In this document: positions 57,313 to 64,000 of the stretch, in pieces
Numbering within the stretch: the first letter of the stretch is position 1
Layout of the letters: the number at the start of each line of letters is the position of its first letter
Source of the DNA: an uncultured Verrucomicrobiae bacterium
GTDB lineage: Bacteria; Verrucomicrobiota; Verrucomicrobiia; Chthoniobacterales; Chthoniobacteraceae
Length of the DNA: 64,000 nt
Assembly: GCA_963836755.1 (NCBI GenBank)
Contig: CAWIKF010000002.1
Location: forward strand, 192,001-256,000
Direction of reading: 5' to 3'
Notes under the pieces: model-generated
Databases searched by the model: none
What the model saw: only the letters and a program-made list of their open reading frames with translations
Told to the model about the DNA's origin: nothing
Translations under genes and position numbers: made by a program

Positions 57313-58395
57313 TTAGTGCGCGCCGTCGGAAATTTCGCACAAATAAACATCGCATTTGTGCCCGGTGCGCTCGCGATATTTGCGAATGATTCCGCCGCTG
57401 ATGCAATCGGCGCGCTCGTGCTCGATCAATGAAACAGTCGCGCCGCCGAAGCCGCCGCCAGTCAAGCGGGAGCCGAGCACGCCCTCCTCGCCGCAGGCGA
57501 TCTCCACGAGCGCGTCGAGCTCCGGAGTGCTGTTTTCAAAGTTCCGCCGCGAGCTTTCATGCGACGCAAACATCAACTCGCCGAATGCCTCTGCATCGCC
57601 GGCGCGCAAAAAATCGAGCCCGCGCAAAACGCGTTCATTTTCGCCGACGATGTGCAGCGCGCGGGCGTAATCGAGCGGCGGCAAGTCCGATTTCGCGCGC
57701 TCGAGTTGCGCGCTGCTCACATCGCGCAACGCTGCTGCGCCAAGCCTCGCCGCGGCGTCGAAACATTGTGCGCGGAGCGCATTGTATTCGCCGCCCACGA
57801 GCGTGTGCTTCACGCCGGAGTGCGTGATGAGCAGCGAAAAACCGCTCGGAAACGGGACGGTCTCGACCGCTTCTGTGCGGCAATCGAGAAAAATGACGTG
57901 ACCTTTTTTCCCGAGCGCGGATGAAGCTTGATCGAGCAGCCCGCAATTCACGCCGACAAATTCGTTCTCGGCTTTGCGGCAAAGTTTCGCAATCGCCAGC
58001 GGCTCGATTTCAAAATTAAAAAGTTTTTTGAGAAAGGTCGCCGTCGCGACTTCGAGCGCCGCCGAGCTGGAAAGGCCGGCGCCGAGAGGAAGATCGCTTG
58101 TGATTTCCGCCGAGAATCCACCGACTTCAAAACCTGCGTGCTGCAGCCCATCGACGACGCCTAGAATGTAATCGGCCCATCGTTCCACAGGCTGGCGCGC
58201 GAGTCCGTCGAGATTTACCACGCAGGTGCGATTGAGCGTCGCCGAGTGCAGCGCGATTTTTTTTTCTACGAGCCGCTCGCCAGTGATCGTCACGCCAAAG
58301 TTGATCGCAGCGGAAAGGATGAAACCTTCGTTGTAATCGGTGTGATTTCCGAGGAGCTCGACGCGGCCGGGGGCGTGCGCGCTGAGCTTTTGCAT
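57313..58395 (-). CDS. galK: Galactokinase
   Basis: PGRVELLGNHTDYN, PLGAGLSSSAA, CGLLDQ, GSRLTGGGFGG. Confidence 0.94.
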   Translation of the reverse strand: MQKLSAHAPGRVELLGNHTDYNEGFILSAAINFGVTITGERLVEKKIALHSATLNRTCVVNLDGLARQPVERWADYILGVVDGLQHAGFEVGGFSAEITSDLPLGAGLSSSAALEVATATFLKKLFNFEIEPLAIAKLCRKAENEFVGVNCGLLDQASSALGKKGHVIFLDCRTEAVETVPFPSGFSLLITHSGVKHTLVGGEYNALRAQCFDAAARLGAAALRDVSSAQLERAKSDLPPLDYARALHIVGENERVLRGLDFLRAGDAEAFGELMFASHESSRRNFENSTPELDALVEIACGEEGVLGSRLTGGGFGGATVSLIEHERADCISGGIIRKYRERTGHKCDVYLCEISDGAH

Positions 58396-58444
58396 CGCTG
58401 CTGAGTAGCCAATCCGCGCCGGAGCGGCAATGCCCGAATGCCGT

Positions 58445-60943
58445 TTATTTTTCAGCACGACGCGCATGCCGCACTCGCGCAATGATCCACGCCAAAACCG
58501 AAAGCGTCAGCAGCCACGGCGCGATGAATGCAAGCGCGACGCCGATCATCCGCAAGCTCCACATCACCGCCGCGAACGCCTGCACAAAAGTCCGCCGCAG
58601 CGTCGCCCAGACGCCGCTTTCATCCGGCACGATGTCGCCGCGGCTGTAAATCTGCACGTCGATTTGAGCGGGCGCATTTTCGCCCGCGGCCTCCTGCGCT
58701 TCTTCGCGATGCACGGTAAAATTGCTCACCTTTCCGAGCTGCTCGATCTGTGCGACCAGCGGTCCATATTGCTTCAGTGGCAGCGAAATTGTCATGTTCG
58801 CGACCTCGACTCCGCCATTCCGCCGCTCGAATGTCGAGTTGCCGATTTCCGCGCCAACCCGCTCTGCAGCTTGTTTCAGGGCGTTTGCATTTTCCTCAAC
58901 CTTCTCGCTTAACACGCTCAAATTCGTCCGCTGCACCGGCGTTTCCTCGCTGGTCAACGACATCGAAATCAGCACCGGCTCGCTGTCGTCATCTCCCGCG
59001 CGATCGTTGCGCTGGATCGTCACGCTCGCGACGCGGCCGATTTTTTTCAACGCTTCGAGAGCCGCCGCGTAGTTGTTTGAGGGAACTCGCACGGTCACTT
59101 CGCCGGAGCCGCGACCGCTCGGATCGCGCGTCACATTCGAGCTCACCACTTCCGCGTGCTGCGCGAGCGCGGCCGCTTTTGCTGCGTCCAAACTTTGCTC
59201 CACATGCGGCGTCACCAGCCTGAGAGAAGTCTGCCGGCGCGATTCTTCATCGCGCGAAATGAGGAGATCAAACTGCACTTTGTCGCGCTCGACGCGCGCG
59301 GTGTCGCTCGCGCCGGAGCCGCCCTGCGCGACGCGTTCATCCTGTGTCGTGAAAGTCTGCACGCGGCCCAGCGCCTTCATTCGCATGATGGTTTGATCGG
59401 CCGTATCGGGCGCGAGCAGCAGGCTCAACGTCGCCGAGACGCGGCCGTTCGCATCGCGCTCAAGTTTCGATTGTAAAACCTGCGCTTGCGCTTTGGTGGC
59501 CTCGGATTTCGCCGCGGCATAGGTGCTTTCTACGTCCTGCGAAAAAAGCGAAAGATTCGCGTGCTCCTTTAACAGAAAGGCTGCCGCCTGATTCAGATCC
59601 TTTTCATAAAGCGAAATCGTGACCGTCGCGTAGCTCACGAGCGCGTCCCAATATTTGAGCTCGCCCTGCATTTCCTCGATCTGCCCGCGCACGCGCGCCA
59701 GCTCTTTTTCCACCTGCAAAAGATCCGAAACTTTGCCCGTGTTTTTCTGCAGCATGTCGAGCAGCCGCTGCTCCATCAGCCTGGAATTACGCAACCGCGC
59801 GTCGGTGTCGAAATACGCTTTCGTCACATCCTCGCTGCCGATGCGCTGATTTTTCAGCTCACCGAGCGCGCGCAGTTTCAGCAAAAACCGGTCGAGATTT
59901 GCCGGCAGCATTTTCACGACGATCGTGCCGCGCAATTTTCCATTCGCGCCGCGAGCCGAGTCGGCCGTTGCGACGTAGCCCTGCTCCTCGCCCGTGATCG
60001 CGCGAATTGTTTCCACGGTCGCCTCGAAGTTTTTCACTTCAAACTCCAGCGTCGCGTTCCGGATCAGCTTGCGATCGGGCTGCAAAGGCGCAGGCGCGAG
60101 GGGCTGCTCCGGCGGCGCGGCTGGCAACTGCCCATCAGCCAGCTGCTTTGATTTGTCAGAAGCGAGCGCTGCTTTGCTTTCTTCCGAAGCGGCATCAAGT
60201 TTTTTTAAGGCAGCGACGGCTCCGTTGGAACCAAAGGAACTGTCAGAGTCTCGTGCCGATGTCAGCCCGTGCTTTTCGTCCGCCCGATAGTCAAAATTCT
60301 CATGGCCAAGCTCCTCTTTATTCCGCGCAATCATCGGGACTTGTGCTTGCGAAGTCGCAGCAGGTGCAGCCGGCGTGGCCGATTGAAAATTCAGCGTGCC
60401 TCCACTCACGGTGGTGGTGCCGGCGAAACTATTGAATCCGTGCAGATTTTGCTGAGGGAGAACGCCCAGCCGACGCATTGTTTCGGTTTTCCCCTGGTCC
60501 GATGAGGCACCGCCGATGTCGTATCCTCGTTCATCATGCATGGCCCACGTTTTCGCGCTGCTGATCACGGCCGGCTGTCCCGGTTTTTCGCCGGTCAAAA
60601 TCTGACCACCCTTGATCAGCGCCATTGTGAGCAAAAGTGCCGCCAGGCCTTGCGCCACGGGCATTCGCGGCAAACGGATCAGCCAGTCGCCGAGTTGAAA
60701 ACGGCGCAAACTTTGACTCCGTCGGCGAAACTTTTGCGCAATGCGCAGCTCGAAATTTTCGTCCGGTTTTATTTTTTGAAAAGTTTCCGCGATGCCTGTG
60801 CTCATAGTTTTTTGGTTCTCGTTCAGCGCGCGGCATTGCTCGCATTGCGCAAGATGCAGCTCGAAATTTTTTCGCTCCTCCGGCGAAAGACCATCCGTCA
60901 CCGCCGCGGCCAGGAATTCCTCGATATTTTCGTGAATGTTCAT
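58445..60943 (-). CDS. zf-HC2 anti-sigma factor fused to repeated DUF4349-like domains
   Basis: HLAQCEQC, TM, RKLIRNATL..EDVTKAYFDTDARL, three further similar units, C-terminal TM. Confidence 0.8.
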   Translation of the reverse strand: MNIHENIEEFLAAAVTDGLSPEERKNFELHLAQCEQCRALNENQKTMSTGIAETFQKIKPDENFELRIAQKFRRRSQSLRRFQLGDWLIRLPRMPVAQGLAALLLTMALIKGGQILTGEKPGQPAVISSAKTWAMHDERGYDIGGASSDQGKTETMRRLGVLPQQNLHGFNSFAGTTTVSGGTLNFQSATPAAPAATSQAQVPMIARNKEELGHENFDYRADEKHGLTSARDSDSSFGSNGAVAALKKLDAASEESKAALASDKSKQLADGQLPAAPPEQPLAPAPLQPDRKLIRNATLEFEVKNFEATVETIRAITGEEQGYVATADSARGANGKLRGTIVVKMLPANLDRFLLKLRALGELKNQRIGSEDVTKAYFDTDARLRNSRLMEQRLLDMLQKNTGKVSDLLQVEKELARVRGQIEEMQGELKYWDALVSYATVTISLYEKDLNQAAAFLLKEHANLSLFSQDVESTYAAAKSEATKAQAQVLQSKLERDANGRVSATLSLLLAPDTADQTIMRMKALGRVQTFTTQDERVAQGGSGASDTARVERDKVQFDLLISRDEESRRQTSLRLVTPHVEQSLDAAKAAALAQHAEVVSSNVTRDPSGRGSGEVTVRVPSNNYAAALEALKKIGRVASVTIQRNDRAGDDDSEPVLISMSLTSEETPVQRTNLSVLSEKVEENANALKQAAERVGAEIGNSTFERRNGGVEVANMTISLPLKQYGPLVAQIEQLGKVSNFTVHREEAQEAAGENAPAQIDVQIYSRGDIVPDESGVWATLRRTFVQAFAAVMWSLRMIGVALAFIAPWLLTLSVLAWIIARVRHARRAEK

Positions 60944-61491
60944 GCGCGTGCCTCCGCGAGCGCCGGCTTCAAAGCCTTGCGCATCTTTTCGAGCGCGCGT
61001 CCGAGAATTCCGCGTAGCGCGCCGTTGCTCAAGCCCATCGCTCGCTCGATCTTTTCGTGACTCATTCCCTCGAGGTAGCGGAGCGAAACAGCGACCCGAT
61101 GCTGCTCGGGAAGCGCCGCCAGCGCGCTCAGCACGTGCGCGTGCATTTCCCCACCAGCCGTCTGTTCATCAGGCCTCGCGGCAATTTCGTCCGCGAGTTC
61201 CGCTTCATCCGGTAAAGTTGACGCGCGCCGTTTTCGCAGAACATCGCACGCGCGATTCCGCGCCACCGCGACGAGCCACGCGGGAAACTTTTCCGGATCG
61301 CGAAGCCGCCAGCGCGATTTGAACGCGCGGAAAAAAGTTTCCTGCACCACGTCCTCGGCTTCCTCGCGATCCTGCAAAATCGCGAATCCGACGGCGAAAA
61401 GTTTGCGGCTGAAAAGCGGAATGATCATTTCAAAATTCTCCTGATCGCCGTGCAGGGCCGCCGAGATGAGGTCGCGTTCGCTGGGGTCCAT
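60940..61491 (-). CDS. ECF sigma-70 factor
   Basis: AEDVVQETF, FPAWLVAVARN, LPEQHR..LRYLEGMS; ATGA overlap with anti-sigma. Confidence 0.92.
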   Translation of the reverse strand: MDPSERDLISAALHGDQENFEMIIPLFSRKLFAVGFAILQDREEAEDVVQETFFRAFKSRWRLRDPEKFPAWLVAVARNRACDVLRKRRASTLPDEAELADEIAARPDEQTAGGEMHAHVLSALAALPEQHRVAVSLRYLEGMSHEKIERAMGLSNGALRGILGRALEKMRKALKPALAEARA

Positions 61492-61544
61492 GTAGACGAT
61501 TTGCAGACTAGACGCGCCGCCGCGCGAAACCGCGCGAAATATTT

Positions 61545-64000
61545 TCAGGAATCCGCCGCACCGCTCTGGCAAAGGCTTCGCGCGTATTCGAGCGTGTCGA
61601 TGTCGCGTGCGGTCTTGTCGGTGCGGATCGACTTGATGCGCGGGAAACGGAGCGCGAGTCCGCTCGCGTGGCGGTCGCTCGCCTGCACGGAATCGAACGC
61701 AATCTCGAGCACCACATTCGGCTCGACCTGCCGATAGCGGCCAAATTGCGCGAGCGTGTGATTTTTGAAATGCTCGGTGAGCTCCGCGATTTCGGTGTCG
61801 GTCAATCCGGAATACGCCTTGCCGATCGTGAGCAGCTCGCCCGATTTTTCGTCGCGGACGGCGAATGTGTAATCGCTCAAAACCTTGCTGCGCTTGCCGT
61901 GGCCGAGCTCTGCGCCGACCACGACGACGTCGAGCGTCGCGAGCTCTTTTTTTAATTTCAGCCACGCGAGCCCGCGCCGGCCGGGCGTGTAAATCGATTC
62001 CGCATCCTTGACGATGAGCCCTTCATTGCGGCGTTCGCGCGCGGCGGCGAAGGATTTTTCAATCTCCTCCGCCGATTGAATGCGCGAAACTTTCACGACT
62101 TCAAATGCGGCCGGCAGCGTTAAGTTTTCCAAAAGCAAGCGTCGCTCCCGCAGCGGTTGCTTTAACAAAGGTTTGCCGTCGAGCCAGAGCAAATCGAAGA
62201 CCATGAAACGGACGGGAATGTCGCCGCCGAGAAAAAAATCCGCGCTCGTTTTTCGCCCGAGCCGTTTTTGCAAATCGAAAAAAGTCAGCTTCCGGCCGTG
62301 CTCAAACGCGACGATTTCGCCGTCGAAAATCACGTCGGCGTGCAAGGCGCCAGCGGCTTCCGCGATCTCTGCGAACTGCGCGGTGACGCGCTTCAAATCG
62401 CGCGTGAAAATTTCCGCGCGCGCGCCGGCGCGATGCAACTGCGCGCGGATGCCGTCAAATTTATCCTCGACCCACGCGACCGGATTTTCCGCCATCTCGC
62501 TGAGCCGCTGCCAGATCGATTCGGCGGTCGGCTCGGGGCTCGCGAGCATGCATTTGATCGGGGTGAAAATGCGCAGCTCGATTTGATCGAGTGCCCGCCC
62601 AGCGGCTCGCAGCGCGGTTTCGCCGATGTTGCCGAGCAGCATATTCGCTTCCTTGACCTCGGCAATTTTCACATCGAAAGCCGCGGCGATCGCTTCCTCG
62701 ACCAAACCTTCTTTCAAACCGATCCGCAAATCTCCCGTCAAAATTTTCACGAGATATTGCGCCTCGAGCGGCGAAATTTTCGCGAGCTGATTTTGCAGCA
62801 ATTCTGTTTTCGCAATGGGCCCGCGCGCTTTTTGCAGCGCATCGAAAAAAATGCGCGAATCTTCCAGCGAAAACGGCGCGGGCTGCGTGCGATCCTGCAA
62901 AATTTCACGCGCGGTTTTTCCAGCGTCGGCGTGAAAACTGGCAACGTCGCGAAAATGTTGTTCGTCGGTTTTACTGACCGCGAGCACGGCGCGCTTGATC
63001 ACGGCCCAGCCGGTTTGCAATACGCGCGGATCAGCCTGTGCAAAGGCTTTGCCGGTGAGATAGACGGCGGCGAGCGGAAGTTGAACGGGCGTGAGCAGGA
63101 GAAAATAATCGCGCAACAATTCGATTTTTTTGAGCTTTGCCGAGCTCGCGGAAATCTGCTCGCAAAGTTCGGAGAAGGTCGCGAACTCGGAGGGCGGAAA
63201 TTTGTTTTGCGGCGCGAGCGTTTGTTCAACGTCGGAATCTTTTTCGTCAAAGACAGCGGGCGATTGCGCCTTCGGTTTCGCTTTTTGCTGAAGGGAAAAC
63301 TCGAGCTGATTTTCTTCGCTCAAGGCCCACGCTTCGATCCCGCGGCTGCGCAGATCGCGCGCAAAAGCACTCGCGAAGCCGTGCAGCGTGAGGACGCGGC
63401 GCGGTTGCACGAGCTCGACGCAGCGGATGAGATCGGGGTAATCGGCGTGATCGGAAAGCGGAAATGCGGCGTCCACCTGGTAGCGATATTGCGCGCCGGG
63501 ATCGCTGGCCCAGCCGGTGAGGACGGCGGTGCGGCGAGTTTTTATTTTCGTGAGCATCGCCGAGCGATTGGCGCTGGGCGGGCAGATGAGGACTTTGCCG
63601 GCAGTTTCAGCGGCGTCGTAGCGGAGATAGCCGCCGGGAAAATCGGGCCGCAGTTTTCGATAAATTTCCGTCATGCGAAAAACCGCGCCGTGGAGCATCG
63701 GCTGCATGCCGGCCTGGACTAGCGCGCACAGAATTTCCTGCGCCTTTCCGAGCGAGTAACCGAGAAGCACCGGGAGCTCGCCATCGGCAAGCGCGTCGGC
63801 GCAAAAGTCGACCATTTGTGCGAGGACTTCGGCGGTCGGCGGGAAGCGATATTTCGGAAGGCCGAAGGTCGTTTCCATGATGAGCGTGTCGGCGTGGCGC
63901 GGCTCGGCGGGCTCAGAGGAAAGGCCGGGGCGCAATTTGAAATCGCCGGTGTAGAGGAGCGACTCGGCGTCGGTTTGCAGAAAAAATTGCGCGGAGCCGA
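61545..64000 (-). CDS. MBL/beta-CASP exonuclease fused to ATP-dependent DNA ligase (5' end beyond window)
   Basis: GSAQ..LLYTGDFK, METTFG, YSLGKAQ, LSDHAD, HG; then EDKFDGIR, FDGEIV, FDLL, EGLIVK, WLKLK, LRFPR. Confidence 0.92.
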   Translation of the reverse strand, partial: GSAQFFLQTDAESLLYTGDFKLRPGLSSEPAEPRHADTLIMETTFGLPKYRFPPTAEVLAQMVDFCADALADGELPVLLGYSLGKAQEILCALVQAGMQPMLHGAVFRMTEIYRKLRPDFPGGYLRYDAAETAGKVLICPPSANRSAMLTKIKTRRTAVLTGWASDPGAQYRYQVDAAFPLSDHADYPDLIRCVELVQPRRVLTLHGFASAFARDLRSRGIEAWALSEENQLEFSLQQKAKPKAQSPAVFDEKDSDVEQTLAPQNKFPPSEFATFSELCEQISASSAKLKKIELLRDYFLLLTPVQLPLAAVYLTGKAFAQADPRVLQTGWAVIKRAVLAVSKTDEQHFRDVASFHADAGKTAREILQDRTQPAPFSLEDSRIFFDALQKARGPIAKTELLQNQLAKISPLEAQYLVKILTGDLRIGLKEGLVEEAIAAAFDVKIAEVKEANMLLGNIGETALRAAGRALDQIELRIFTPIKCMLASPEPTAESIWQRLSEMAENPVAWVEDKFDGIRAQLHRAGARAEIFTRDLKRVTAQFAEIAEAAGALHADVIFDGEIVAFEHGRKLTFFDLQKRLGRKTSADFFLGGDIPVRFMVFDLLWLDGKPLLKQPLRERRLLLENLTLPAAFEVVKVSRIQSAEEIEKSFAAARERRNEGLIVKDAESIYTPGRRGLAWLKLKKELATLDVVVVGAELGHGKRSKVLSDYTFAVRDEKSGELLTIGKAYSGLTDTEIAELTEHFKNHTLAQFGRYRQVEPNVVLEIAFDSVQASDRHASGLALRFPRIKSIRTDKTARDIDTLEYARSLCQSGAADS

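Noticed and set aside
62268..63722. 484-aa plus-strand ORF
   Set aside because: Antisense shadow of the nuclease-ligase gene

Overview
Gene-dense bacterial chromosome segment of about 60% GC. The gene content and style (RNase HIII, TPR-ExbB-ExbD-ExbD cluster, RRM protein, few Shine-Dalgarno sites) suggest Verrucomicrobiota, probably Chthoniobacterales-like; this is inference. It is mostly housekeeping: mutY (partial), rnhC, HU, ruvA, deoC/ALDH, upp, pgsA, gnd, dsbD, tRNA-Pro(TGG), mnmG, cdd, pdhABC, metG, lepB, a TolC/MacAB-type exporter, rnc, hpnD-like, trxB, riboflavin synthase, cysteine desulfurase, cysE, galK, an ECF/anti-sigma pair and a nuclease-ligase fusion (partial). No CRISPR, prophage, integrase or IS was seen. 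The strongest signals are outside the ORF track. (1) The window appears origin-proximal: two parS-like palindromes lie at mnmG, one encoded in a loop insertion as FHVEQ, inside a locally lower-GC zone. A DnaA-box array plus AT-rich unwinding-like element starts in the 3' end of rnc, with no dnaA or parAB in the window. (2) Three sigma-54-type promoters are each followed almost immediately by an unannotated leaderless microprotein ORF (54, 21 and about 60 aa); two of them bracket an orphan NarL-type regulator. (3) Several proteins have unusual architectures. All calls are by-eye motif recognition; no database search was run.
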